Assembly: GCA_013696965.1 (NCBI GenBank)
Contig: JACCXN010000009.1
Coordinates: 6,751 to 70,750, forward strand
DNA: 64,000 nucleotides
Direction of reading: 5' to 3'
Source: Bacteroidota bacterium
Lineage (GTDB): Bacteria > Bacteroidota > Bacteroidia > JACCXN01
Shown here: one piece after another, positions 47,506 to 59,300 of the stretch
Numbering within the stretch: position 1 is the stretch's first letter
How the letters are laid out: every line of letters starts with the position of its first letter
The notes under the pieces: generated by a model
What the model saw: only the letters and a program-made list of their open reading frames with translations
Database searches by the model: none
What the model was told of the DNA's origin: nothing
Program-made: the position numbers and the translations under genes

Positions 47506-48969
47506 TTAAACCTCTAAATAAGCTGCTAAACCATGTAAACCGCCCTCTCTGCCAAATCCACTTTCTTTGTATCCTCCAAAAGGGGACACAGGATCGAATT
47601 TGTTATACGTATTTGCCCAAACAACCCCGGCCCTTAATTTGCTTGTAAGGTTAAAAACTTTTGATCCTTTATCTGTCCAAACTCCTGCTGAAAGTCCATA
47701 AGGAGTATTGTTTGCTTTTTCAATAACTTCTTCAATGGTTCGGAAAGTTTGAACGGCCAACACAGGGCCAAAAATTTCCTCCTGAACAATTCTGTGTGAC
47801 TGGCTGGCATTTAAAAAAAGGGTTGGTTTACACCAAAATCCTTTTTTGGGAACAGAACAGGAGGGTTGATAAAACTCAGCTCCTTCATCCTTACCAATTT
47901 TTAAATATTTATTAATGGTGTTGAGTTGTTCTTTAGAATTAATAGCTCCAATGTCCGTGTTTTTATCTAGAGGATCACCTACAATCAGGGTATTCATCCT
48001 GTCTTTTAGTTTTAAAATAACTTTTTCAGCCACATTTTCCTGCACAAACAATCTGGATCCGGCACAACATACATGCCCCTGGTTAAAGAATATTCCATTG
48101 ATAATCCCTTCAACGGCCTGATCAATAGGAGCGTCTTCAAAAATTATATTTGCAGCTTTTCCACCAAGTTCCATGGTTGATCTTTTGCCGGTTCCTGCAA
48201 TGGCTTTTTGTATGCTTTTACCCACATTGGTAGATCCTGTAAAGGCAATTTTATTAATTCCGGGATGATTAACAAGTGCGGCCCCTGTTTTTCCAGCTCC
48301 TGTAATAATATTAACTACTCCATCCGGCAGGCCTGACTCCTGAATAATCTCTGCCAGTATAAGTGCTGTTAATGGAGTGGTTTCAGCGGGTTTTAAAACA
48401 AGTGTATTTCCTGTTGCAAGGGCAGGTGCAATTTTCCAGGCAGCCATTAAAAGCGGGAAATTCCATGGAATAATTTGTCCTGCAACCCCTATTGATTTAG
48501 GATTTTTACCTGGAAAAGCATACTCTAATTTATCTGCCCATCCTGCATAATAAAAGAAATGATTTGCCGCCAATGGAATATCAATATCCCTGGATTCGCG
48601 AATTGTCTTTCCTGAATCAAGAGTTTCAACTACTGCCAATTCCCTGGCTCTCTCTTGTATTAATCGCGCAATTCTATATATATATTTACCTCTTTCCTTG
48701 GAAGGCATTTTACTCCAAACTTTCTCGTATGCAACACGTGCCGCTTTTACTGCTTTGTCCACATCCTCATCAGTAGCCTCTGCTACATCGGCTAGTTTTT
48801 CCTCAGTTGCCGGGTTTATAGTTGTGAAATATTTTCCTTTAACCGGATTTACAAACTTTCCATTAATGAACAGTTGATATTGTTTTTTTATATTTATATG
48901 ATCTGTACTTTCCGGGGCTGGCTCGTATGCCCAGGTTGAAGTAAAGTCTAATACCGGTTTTTTACTCAT
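47506..48969 (-). CDS. NAD(P)-dependent aldehyde dehydrogenase.
   Basis: Full-length ALDH (487 aa) with MELGGKAANIIFEDA and the catalytic FNQGHVCCAGSRLFV motif. Confidence 0.85.
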   Translation of the reverse strand: MSKKPVLDFTSTWAYEPAPESTDHINIKKQYQLFINGKFVNPVKGKYFTTINPATEEKLADVAEATDEDVDKAVKAARVAYEKVWSKMPSKERGKYIYRIARLIQERARELAVVETLDSGKTIRESRDIDIPLAANHFFYYAGWADKLEYAFPGKNPKSIGVAGQIIPWNFPLLMAAWKIAPALATGNTLVLKPAETTPLTALILAEIIQESGLPDGVVNIITGAGKTGAALVNHPGINKIAFTGSTNVGKSIQKAIAGTGKRSTMELGGKAANIIFEDAPIDQAVEGIINGIFFNQGHVCCAGSRLFVQENVAEKVILKLKDRMNTLIVGDPLDKNTDIGAINSKEQLNTINKYLKIGKDEGAEFYQPSCSVPKKGFWCKPTLFLNASQSHRIVQEEIFGPVLAVQTFRTIEEVIEKANNTPYGLSAGVWTDKGSKVFNLTSKLRAGVVWANTYNKFDPVSPFGGYKESGFGREGGLHGLAAYLEV

Positions 48970-49072
48970 TTCAATTGTTTTATTTTTTTAAACATTTAAA
49001 TTGTATGCTTAATTTGATTTTTTTTGAAAAAATGATCCTAATTAAACTAATTATAATAAATCTGATAAAATA

Positions 49073-50002
49073 TCAGTCTTTAGAAAAATAATCCCCGCTT
49101 TGATAAGCTCCCGTTTCTTCCTTTGCTAATTGCATCAATATATCATTCGCTAAACTACTGGCGCCAAATCGGAACCATTCATTTGACAGCCAGGCATTGC
49201 CAAGAGTTTCCTTAACCATTACCAGATTTTGCAAAGCGGCTTTAGCAGTAGAAATTCCACCTGCTGGTTTCATTCCAACCATTTTACCTGTTGAATAATA
49301 AAAATCGCGAATGGCCTCAAGCATTACTAAAGTAACAGGCATTGTAGCTGCCGGAGAAATTTTTCCTGTTGAAGTTTTTATAAAATCCGCTCCTGCATAC
49401 ATGGCAATTTCACTCGCTTTTCTTACAGCATCAAGGGAACTTAACTCACCGGTTTCAAGTATAACCTTAAGTCTTGCATGTGCACATGCTTCTTTAATGG
49501 CAATAATTTCATCAAATACAAAATTGTAATTTCCCATTAAAAACGCCCCTCTTGATATTACCATATCCACTTCATCTGCTCCATTTTCTACAGCATACCT
49601 TGTATCCGCTAATTTAATTTCCAGAGTAGATTGTCCTGATGGAAAAGCAGTGGCAACGGATGCAACCTTTATGGCAGTGCCTTTTAAAGCATCTTTTGCT
49701 GTTTTTACAAAAGTTGGATAAACACATACAGCAGCAACACATGGAATTCCAGTCATGACATCATGCATATGGGCTGCTTTATAGCACATTTGCCTTACTT
49801 TCCCCTCTGTATCCTTTCCCTCCAAAGTAGTAAGGTCAATCATATTCATTGCCATTTTTAAACCTGCAACCTTTGCTGATTTTTTAAGGCTTCGTGTATT
49901 AAACCGAGCAACCCTTTCTTCTACACCTACTTGATCTATACTCTGAGACTTGGTGAAATCAAGCATTTCAACTATCCTGCGCTTATCTGTTTTCATTGTC
50001 AT
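49073..50002 (-). CDS. deoC: Deoxyribose-phosphate aldolase (long form).
   Basis: …GADEVDMVISRGAFLMGNY…LKVILETGEL…GADFIKTSTGK… with the Schiff-base Lys context. Confidence 0.85.
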   Translation of the reverse strand: MTMKTDKRRIVEMLDFTKSQSIDQVGVEERVARFNTRSLKKSAKVAGLKMAMNMIDLTTLEGKDTEGKVRQMCYKAAHMHDVMTGIPCVAAVCVYPTFVKTAKDALKGTAIKVASVATAFPSGQSTLEIKLADTRYAVENGADEVDMVISRGAFLMGNYNFVFDEIIAIKEACAHARLKVILETGELSSLDAVRKASEIAMYAGADFIKTSTGKISPAATMPVTLVMLEAIRDFYYSTGKMVGMKPAGGISTAKAALQNLVMVKETLGNAWLSNEWFRFGASSLANDILMQLAKEETGAYQSGDYFSKD

Positions 50003-50211
50003 TGGTTAATCAGCTGGAAAGATAGGAAATTTAGAAATAAATCCATTTATAGAAATCAATGAAATACAAAAAAGAGTAAAAGAAATTTTAAAAATTTGCT
50101 TGTTCAATTAAATTATTTTCAAAGAATTTAATCTCATTTATAAACAAAAACAATTGGCAGGGTCTGATAAACGGGAACAACTACATTTCTTTGTTTTCCA
50201 GGTTTTATATT

Positions 50212-50237
50212 AAGCCTGCTCAAAGATGAGCAGGCTT
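50212..50237 (-). terminator. Hairpin immediately 3' of the TonB gene: 11-bp stem AAGCCTGCTCA/TGAGCAGGCTT, loop AAGA, weak U-tract.
   Basis: Perfect inverted repeat 6 nt after the stop codon, but only AAUAUAAAA follows, so its terminator function is uncertain. Confidence 0.35.
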
Positions 50238-50243
50238 GGAAAA

Positions 50244-50942
50244 TTATCTTCTGCTAAATTTAAAAGGCAGAGTATATGCAACAGTTACAGGCTTTCCCCT
50301 TTGTTTGCCAGGGCTAAAAACCGGGAAAGATTCAATTACCCTTATTGCTTCATCGTCAAGTCCCTTTACACCCCTTGCAATGGAAATGTTTTTTGTTTTT
50401 CCATCAGGACCTATAGTAAAACTAACATATACAGTGCCTGTAATACCTGCATCAAAAGACATTTGAGGATATTTTGTGTTTTTGAACAGAAACTGCTGAA
50501 TCTTTTCATCCGTACACATTTTTCTCTGGTCAAAATCTACAATACTTTCACAACCAGGAAAAGAGGGCATTTCTTCAACAATTCGAAAAAATTCCACCTC
50601 GTCAATACTTTCCACCTCTGGAATAATTTCAACATATGTTGTTTGATCGGATTCTGTGCTATTTATTTCCACTTGCTTTTCAATTGCAATTTCATTATCA
50701 ACCAATACCAATTCAATTATTACTGGAGGAGCAGGAGGCAATGGGATTTCAGGAATTGTTATTGGTATCATTTCCTCCTCTGCATGGTTAATAAGTAATT
50801 CACCAAGGCCAGAGGAATTTCCTTCATAACTTTTCCATTCTAAGGCCATTAATACTAATGAAATTGAAATTACAAGACCTATTTTAAGAAACATGGGCTT
50901 CTTTTTTTCGAGATCTACCTGAGAATTTTTCTTTAATTCCAT
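50244..50942 (-). CDS. Energy transducer TonB (Pro-rich spacer plus TonB C-terminal domain).
   Basis: MELKKNSQVDLEKKKPMFLKIGLVISISLVLMALEW… TM anchor, a PPAPP spacer, and a C-terminal …GITGTVYVSFTIGPDGKTKNISIARGVKGLDDEAIRVIE…; start placed at MELKKN by homology to the downstream paralog. Confidence 0.75.
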   Translation of the reverse strand: MELKKNSQVDLEKKKPMFLKIGLVISISLVLMALEWKSYEGNSSGLGELLINHAEEEMIPITIPEIPLPPAPPVIIELVLVDNEIAIEKQVEINSTESDQTTYVEIIPEVESIDEVEFFRIVEEMPSFPGCESIVDFDQRKMCTDEKIQQFLFKNTKYPQMSFDAGITGTVYVSFTIGPDGKTKNISIARGVKGLDDEAIRVIESFPVFSPGKQRGKPVTVAYTLPFKFSRR

Positions 50943-51383
50943 ATATGATTTATTTAGGGGGTTACAAATTAAAGCCGCTCCAAAATTATCCTTGCACATT
51001 CAATAACAAATTCAAGAAGAAACAAAAAATGAATCTTTAAATTTTTACTATTTTAGTGTGTAAAGATCAAATCATATATTTAGTGTTTTATAGAAAGGTT
51101 AAAAAAATAGTAATTGTACTAATTTTAAAATTTCGAGAACCCTAAAAAAATCAAGGTTGAATAAATTTCTTTAACTTGTATTACGAAAAACTAAAAGAAA
51201 CAGTTTCTAAAAAAGGTGTTTTTATATCTAAAGTGAAACTTTTAAGCAATTCAAAGTAAAAACACAATTAGGCCTTTGCCAAAAACGATGCGTCTTTTGC
51301 GGAAATTCCAATCATTTCTCTTTAAAGAGGCTCATTAAATAAATATATAAAGCCCAGGAATAAGGTTAAGTTAAACAAAAAAA

Positions 51384-51411
51384 AGCGTCTGTTCAAAATT
51401 GAACAGACGCT
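51384..51411 (-). terminator. Intrinsic terminator after the second TonB gene: 11-bp stem AGCGTCTGTTC/GAACAGACGCT, 6-nt loop, then 8 U on the minus-strand transcript (an A-run on plus makes it bidirectional in form).
   Basis: CAAAAAAAAGCGTCTGTTCAAAATTGAACAGACGCTTAAAATTT read directly; 26 nt downstream of the stop. Confidence 0.6.
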
Positions 51412-51436
51412 TAAAATTTCTATTAAATCTAAAGGC

Positions 51437-52099
51437 TTATTTTAAAACAAATCTTATTGGCAAATTGTATTGAACTGATACTGCCTTTCCTCTTTGTTTA
51501 CCAGGAGACCATGCAGGCATTTTTTGAACTACGCGTACTGCTTCATCATCCAATCCTTTCACTCCCCTTAATATTTTAACATCCTTTACTTTACCGTCAG
51601 ATCCAATAACAAAAGTAACATAAACTGTTCCTTGAATACCTGCATCCTTAGCCATTTGAGGATATTTCATTTCATTACCCAGAAATTTAAACAATGCTTC
51701 TTCACCACCTGGAAAAGAGGGCATATTTTCAACTATCGTAAAAATTTCATTTTCAACAATTACCTCATCTTTTTGCACAATATCAACAAATGTTGATTGA
51801 TCGGCTTCGGATTCCTTTATTTCAACTTCGTTTTTAATTACAACATCATCTTCCACTACTTGTAATTCTATAACTGCAGGAGGAGGAGGTGGGGGTGGTA
51901 ACAATTCTGGCTGAGTTATAGGAATCATTTCTTCCTCTGTCTGGTCAATAACTAATTGGCCAAGATCCGCCAGGCTACCTTCGTAGCTTTTCCATTCTAA
52001 ACCTATTAATACTAAACCAAGGGAAACAACAAGACCTATTTGAAGAAACAGGGATCTCTTTTTTTCAAGATCAGCATTAGGATTTTTCTTTAATTCCAT
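51437..52099 (-). CDS. Energy transducer TonB (paralog of 50244-50942).
   Basis: MELKKNPNADLEKKRSLFLQIGLVVSLGLVLIGLEWKSYEG…PPPPPPPA…GIQGTVYVTFVIGSDGKVKDVKILRGVKGLDDEAVRVVQ… is collinear with the upstream paralog. Confidence 0.75.
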   Translation of the reverse strand: MELKKNPNADLEKKRSLFLQIGLVVSLGLVLIGLEWKSYEGSLADLGQLVIDQTEEEMIPITQPELLPPPPPPPAVIELQVVEDDVVIKNEVEIKESEADQSTFVDIVQKDEVIVENEIFTIVENMPSFPGGEEALFKFLGNEMKYPQMAKDAGIQGTVYVTFVIGSDGKVKDVKILRGVKGLDDEAVRVVQKMPAWSPGKQRGKAVSVQYNLPIRFVLK

Positions 52100-52440
52100 T
52101 TTGAATTAATTTTAAGTCTTTAATATGCAAATATAAAAATTACGGTTGCTAAAATTACGGTTTTTATAGAATATTACACTATTTTATTCCACAAATAAAT
52201 GTTGTTTGTATTATAAACAGTAAAGCTGCATTATTCAACACATTAACTCTGAATTCGTGATTTTATTTTCTGCCTTAAAAATCGTTTGAATTTACACTTA
52301 AATGAATTTTAAAAAAGTTTAGCGTAAATAAAATGCTTGAACATGTATTATTTTGCTTCTTATTTGGCTATTTATAACAGCAATTACAGGGTTTATTATA
52401 ACATCGTTAAAGGTGAAATCCAAGAAACTTAATAAATTAG

Positions 52441-52863
52441 TTATTCGTTCGAACTAAACCTAAAGGTATTCTCTTTACCATAAATAACATAAAAAGTAAT
52501 TAGCCCTAAAATGCTTCCGCTTAAATTGGCTATTACATCATAAACATCAGCATTGCGCTCGATAAATAACTGATCTTGCAAAACTTCTGTAATTATACTC
52601 AAGAAAAAGGCATATCCTAAAGCTAGTTTAATCGAGTTGTACCGGAGAGTTTTAAATGCAGGCTGAATTTTAAGTCCTTTTATGGAAAGAAGCACTAAAA
52701 CCAAGAATAAAAAAGCATGTACAAATTTGTCAAAAGACAAGAGTTTCCATTTAATTGCATCGGGAAAATCAGAGCCAGGCAATCCGCATAAAACAAGAAT
52801 GAACAGGGACCAGAAAATAGGGAAAAGATTCCATCGAATAAATACAATAAAACTACTCTTCAT
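52441..52863 (-). CDS. VanZ-family membrane protein.
   Basis: Four-TM 140-aa protein with …DKFVHAFLFLVLVLL… and a C-terminal …DVYDVIANLSGSILGL typical of VanZ-like proteins. Confidence 0.55.
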   Translation of the reverse strand: MKSSFIVFIRWNLFPIFWSLFILVLCGLPGSDFPDAIKWKLLSFDKFVHAFLFLVLVLLSIKGLKIQPAFKTLRYNSIKLALGYAFFLSIITEVLQDQLFIERNADVYDVIANLSGSILGLITFYVIYGKENTFRFSSNE

Positions 52864-52903
52864 AACAAAATGAAAAACATTAACTCAAATAAATTTACAA
52901 AAA

Positions 52904-53281
52904 TCAAGCCCCTATAACTTCCTTATATTGTGAAGCAGATAAAAGATCTTCCACTTCCGAATTATCAGAAAGTTTAATTTTAACCATCCAGCCTTCGCCA
53001 TAAGGATCGTTATTAACCAGGTCTGGATTTGACTCAAGTGCTTCATTTACCTGGGTAATTTCACCGCTCAGGGGCATAAAAAGATCAGAAACTGTTTTTA
53101 CAGCTTCCACTGAACCAAAAATCTCTTCTTTTTTAAAGGAATCTCCACTGTTAACCTCTACGTAAACAATGTCACCAAGTTCTTTTTGGGCAAAATCTGT
53201 GATGCCAATAGTTGCTGTATCACCTTGTATTTTTACCCATTCGTGATCTTTGGTGTATTTTAAATCTGCAGGAATATTCAT
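52904..53281 (-). CDS. gcvH: Glycine cleavage system lipoyl carrier protein H.
   Basis: …[35 protein letters not shown]…[18 protein letters not shown]… includes the lipoyl-Lys context; 125 aa. Confidence 0.95.
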   Translation of the reverse strand: MNIPADLKYTKDHEWVKIQGDTATIGITDFAQKELGDIVYVEVNSGDSFKKEEIFGSVEAVKTVSDLFMPLSGEITQVNEALESNPDLVNNDPYGEGWMVKIKLSDNSEVEDLLSASQYKEVIGA

Positions 53282-53358
53282 TATTAAATTTGTTAAATAT
53301 TTTACTAAGAGTGAATTTTAAAAGTTGTCAAAATTACATTTTTTTTAATTATATTCCT

Positions 53359-56300
53359 TTAAGAAAGTGTAAACCTTAAACTAATTCCTGCATTGGTGTT
53401 TGATGAAGGAAACGAGTTTGTAATTACTGGTGAGGTAAGTATTTTATCAAAGAATAAACGAAGATTAACCCTGGAGTTAAGCACATAATCTGCAGCTAAT
53501 TTAATTGAAATAATTCGCTGGCCTCCGGTTGGTTGATGTAAATTATCATCTATTGACCTCATCATAATTCTATTGTCCCTTACCGATATATCTGCCCTGC
53601 AATTCAAATCACTTTGAACTTTTGTTTTTGTAGGACCTATTTTGAATGGGAAAGGAACATTTTTAAACCTATATCCAAAACCAACTATAACTTCATTCCC
53701 TTTGCTTTCCTGTAATCTGTTATCGGTAAAGTTAAAAGCAAGGTTCCTGTCACGTTTTAGTTCAATACGAGTAATTAAACTGTTGTGCCAGGTCATGTCC
53801 ATATTTATTAAAGGACTGAATTGTTCTGTAATTGAAATTTGAGCAATCTGAAATTGAGGAATGTAATTATCATTGATATCCATTTTATCTGTATAACCTG
53901 GTCCTGCATTTTCTACAAAAAGCATATTGGTTGAATAGGAGCCAATATTGTATGAGGAGCGGTAAGCATGACTTAATGTAAATGACTTGAAATATTTTTT
54001 AAACAAGTCCAGTTTAGATAAACCATCATATGTTATCCTCCAGTTAGGCTTAGGTATTTTAGGCATAAGGCTGGTGGAAGCTGAATTAGCATCAGTGCCG
54101 GAATAAGCAGCAAGGAAAGCAGGAATTAATACATCCTGAGAAGTAGCACCATAACCTTCCCTGTAACCATCCTGGTTTACACCCACCGGAAGCCCTGTTT
54201 CTGCTTCCCTTTCATTTGCTAATTTGTTTGAAATTGCAATTCGGTTATCCATGAATTGCTGGAAAACAGGTGATGATCCATCTTCCAGATCCCTTATAAA
54301 TGAAGTATTCCAACTCACATAAGACATGCTAAAGTTGCCAGTCTCCATGCGGCTTTCCCTTACAAATTCACCTAAATCATCATTCCACCTTATAAACTCC
54401 GAATTACTTTTACCAACGTTCCTTGTAACATTAAGCTCCAGGCGCAAATCTTTAAGAGGCTCTATATTCGTTCTTGCATTAAAGTTTTTACTGTTTGTTG
54501 TTGCATATGGTGTCATAAGCAATGATTCTTCCATAAGCCACCCCTCTCGCACAGCTCGCATTGCAAAACTTGTATCCTGGTGACCAGAAATAAAACCCCA
54601 TCCTGGTGCATTGAAATTATCCATTCCAAGGAGTGTGGTTGGTTTAGAATAACCTGGCAAAATTGTTCCTGAATTGTCTGTATAAGTGAAAGATGCATTC
54701 TTTACACTCATTATCACTCTTGCTGATTGTTCGTAAATATTAAATTTATTCGGATCTTTTTCCTTTTCTTTTCCTTTTAAGCTATCTGGAAGGGCGGGCT
54801 TTGGAACAGGTGGCTTAGGAGCCTGGCGGGCACCTCCTTTTCCTGAATACTTTTGGTTGACTTTCTTTAAATAAGGTACTTTGTTATAAAGTGTTAAAAA
54901 ATTAAACTGTCCGTTCCATTGTTCTGATCGTGAATTTTTAATTGTATTTCCAAGTTCATTGGCAGCAAAAGGGGCCCTCATCCAATCATATGTTCCTCCG
55001 ATACGTGTAGTTAAATTAACCCAATCAGTGAGTGGAAATTTATTTATTGGCCAGGTATAATTCAAATTCATAGCATGGTTATACAAAACATTGGTTCCTA
55101 ATTCTTTTAGACTTTGATTTATTGAATCCTTTTTTTCCTGGGTATCTATTTTACCGTCCGGCTCCATGATCCTTGCATTGTTGGTGGCAGTAAAATCAAA
55201 TTTCAATGATTTGGTTATATCATGTCTTACTTCATACATCCTTGTCATTGTGAAGTTTTTATTAAAGGTGGGAGGTATTACATAATCAGCGAATCCACTG
55301 TTATTTCTTATCTGTACTTCGTTAAACATCCTGTCTAGGCTAGTAGAGAAGGACAGCCTGCTTGGCATTAAATTGAAATTAAAATCAGTGATGAGCTTAG
55401 CATATTTAGATTTATTAAGCAATTTAGATTTTGAAAAAGGCTTGATGTTTTTTGGCGAAGTGGAAAAACTATACATTACAGCACCACGATAAAGCTTGGT
55501 TTCATTGTATTCTGTATTAATGTCACGCTTAAATATTTCATTGTAAGAGTAGGTGAAGGATAAATTTTCCACATCATATATCCTGCTTTTAGAGGCTCCC
55601 TTGCCTTTTTCTTTTTTTACATTGGCAAAATTGATGCTTCGTCTGCGGGTGTAGTCCTGTACCGATTCCTTAATTGAATCCCTTACTGATTTATCATCGA
55701 TTTTCAAAAGATCATCAAATTCAATATCCGGGTCATTTGGATGAAATTGGGGATTAATAAAACCTTCGGAATAACCAAGGAACATAGGGATACTTAAATT
55801 AAAATTCTCAGGTAAAAGTCTGCCCATTCTGAAATTACCAGAAAGATCATAGGATCTAATATCTGCCCTTTGTCTTTCACTGATCTTCTTTTCTATTGAA
55901 CCAAAGCCAGGAGTACTCATATTTCCGGCAACGGTTACATCTCCAAAATCAGCAAGCTTTGCAGATACTCTTCCTGTAGTTGCCCATCCATTTCTTTTAT
56001 CAAAATCCGAGAGCCTTAACTCATTCACCCATATTTCAACACACTTAGCAAAGCCATCATCACTGTCATCTGTTCCTTCTTTTTTAGGATTTCTAACCCC
56101 AATCATAATTGAACTGATTTCACTTAACTGAGGATTTCCCACTACAGCTAATACATGTTCCCCATTTTTTCGTGTATAAGGAATATTAAAAGGTACCTGG
56201 GCTGCATTTCTGTCCAGTTTAAGGGCTGTAAGCAATTCAAAAGGAAGATCAATTTCATTTATAAGCGGCCAAACTTTAATTCTATCTGCCTCCGAATCAC

Positions 56301-59300
56301 CATTGTATTTACCAGGCGGGGTAACCACCAGGGGTATTTCATATTCGTAATAATTTTCATTGTAGTCTCTTCCCAATCTTACGAACAACCTTAAATCACC
56401 ATCATTAAGTACTTGATTGTTTAATGCCTCTGCATGAACAAACATTTTTAGCTTTTTATAGGATCTTACATCAAAATTTGTATTTCTGTAAGCGGCCTTT
56501 GCATCTCCATCCTCAAGATCACAGGCTTTTAAAACCATTGATTGTTCATTTAATCTTCTTAATTGAGGGTTAGCAGCATCAATTACTCGGTCTATTCCAG
56601 GAGGCAAAATATAATTTACAGGAGTTTTCACTCCATTTTCTTCAATATTCACTGCTCCAACATCAAAAAGGGTGGAACCCGAAGCATCATCCGCAAGGTA
56701 TTCACCTGGTGATCTAAGATCATAAAGATATTTTCGCCATTCTCCACGAACAAGTTCAAGTCTTCCAAAACGACAAATTACTGAATCTGTAAAACCTGTT
56801 AAAAACATTCTTACAAACCGTATAGAGGTAAAATCCTGAATCCCTCCAATTACTTTTTCCGGGTTACGAACAGGGATTTTAAACTGATACCAGTCCACAT
56901 CAATTTGCTCTCCGTCTTTTGTTTTGCCTGATCCTGTTACTTTATCCGTTATGTAATTCTGTCCAACCACCATATCCTGTGGCCTTAAACTTACCTTGTA
57001 CTGGTAATAACTTTCATTTGTACTTAATGTATTGTCACGATTTATGTCTTCAATGTTTGGAGATGGTGATGAAGCAGTTGGAAATGCTTCTGTTTCGTTT
57101 TGGCTTGTTTTGGAATTTCCTTCAACCCCATTAAACTCTTTATATCTTTCAAGAATATTTCTTTGATCATCATCTTGTGCAGTTCCCCTGAAGTATTTAA
57201 AATTATCTCCCGAAGGATCCTGTAATGCCTTTTGATAAGCCGGGCTATTAACTCCATATATACTGGCAATATTTGCAAGATAAATATTATCAAAAAAAGT
57301 TTTTTCATCCTCATCGGATAACCCATCATACCCAATATCTTGAAAAGGCCTTGCTTCCTCCTTGGTATCAAAAGCATTAACAAGGGACTGAAGAGAAGAA
57401 ACCCGCCCCCATGCAGTGGTGTCAACATTGGTAACGCTAGCGGTTGTAGGCAATCCATGCTCAAAACTTTTTCGATCATCTCTTAATATATCCTCTGAAA
57501 TGTTACCAAGATTGAAATATAAATCTCCTCCCGAATGTGTTGCTACCCCATTATCAGAATGAAAGGGGTCCATTACCCAAAACTGTATATATTCAATATT
57601 CGCAGTTTCGAAGTCATTCTGGTCAATCTTTCGCATAATACCCGCCCAACGACTTGCCGGATCATTCAATAATCCATTTTGATCAATACCAGCAGAATAA
57701 GCTGAGGGTTGAACATCATAATTATAAGGCCCTTTTTCATTTGGATAAAGTGCAAGGTCAAGAACAGGCATATTCATAACTTGCCCTTGAGGTGGAACCC
57801 TGTTAGGAAAAATTTCTGTTTCCAGAATCTCCCTCATATAATGATTGGATTGCATTTCAGAGCCTTTTATATGCGTAGGCGTTAAATTATTGTCTCTCCA
57901 AAACAAGGGGTCAATTGTATACCAGGCTAGCTTTGCCCTGTTAAAACCATATCTAAGGTCATTAACGAAATTCGCTTCTGGAAATAAATTTGTTTGCTTT
58001 TGAGGAGTACTAGCAAGGCTCCAGGCAAAACTAGATCGAATATCAATCACAGATTGGCTTCCTTCAAAATCATCAAGGTAAGAAACTCCTTCCTTGCCTA
58101 TTGCCTTTGAATTACCCGGAATTAAATGAGCGAATTCTCCCTGAAAAGTAATTGTTGACATTTCTTTTGTAGCAAGAAATGGAAGCTTGTCTACTAATTT
58201 AGTTAGTATAGGAGCATCAGTGCGGTAGTTTGCATCAAGACCCCAAATGGTATTTGACATGGGTTCATCACCGAAATTTACTTTTTGGGTTAATGGTCTT
58301 TCTGTCAAATTCATTATAGTTGCACCTACAGTAAAATCATTGCTTATCTTATAGTCCAAATGAGTACCAAACAAGGATTTAGACTGAATTGCAAAAAGCT
58401 GGTTACTTTCAAGGGAAACCTTAATTGGAGTATTTGACTCCAAAAGACTTGCATTAATAATTTTCACCCTTCCTAAGGTATAATCAACTGTGTAGTCGGA
58501 ACCTTCTACTAAAGTCGCTCCCCCTGCAGTAACTACAACTGAACCCTGTGGAACATTCATTGCATTAAGTGAAATTTCAGAACTACTGGTTGATTGATAG
58601 GAACCTTTTATTCTAAACCTATTAAGATCAGGCCTCTGTTGGGCAGCAATCTTGGTTGTATCGTAAAGGGGCTCAAAAACATATTTATTTGCAACTGTTT
58701 GCAAATTATCATCCCCACCTGTAATCTGCTTTCTCAAATGACTCCCAAAAGGTTCAATAACAGGAAAGTAAATTCTTCCGTTTTGTGGGTTAATTGTTCG
58801 TCCGGGTAAAAAATCAAAAACCCCATCTGAGGATGCATCTTCCTGAGCATTTAATCGGTCGAGCCCAAGAACCTGAATTAATGGCCTTCCCCTATATGCC
58901 CCTTCAGGTAAATAAGGGATGTTTATACCTTGCTCAATACTGTTATAAACAACATCCAATTTAAAGCCTTCCTTATTGACGCTATATGCACCAATGGAAT
59001 AAATATTTTTCATCATTAAATCCCACAAAGGAATCTGAGTATTTAAATTAGTGCTTTTAAGTAACTTCAATACAAGTGCTTTTTCTCCATTTATACCATC
59101 TGTGGAAAACTCCCCTACTTGATAAATATCTGGAGAACCACCTACAGTATATTGAAAAGCCACAGAAAGAACCTGGTCAGGATTTAAGGTTTGATTAAGT
59201 GAAATAAATCCTAACTGAGGATGGAAAGTATATTCAGCAGGAGTTAACAATCTGGCTCCTTGTGCCACATCATAATCAATGGCAAATTCAAGCTGAGTTT

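Noticed and set aside
50226-50798. 190-aa and 76-aa plus-strand ORFs antisense to the first TonB gene
   Set aside because: Antisense frame artefacts within a well-supported TonB coding region, with a Cys/Phe-rich non-protein-like composition.
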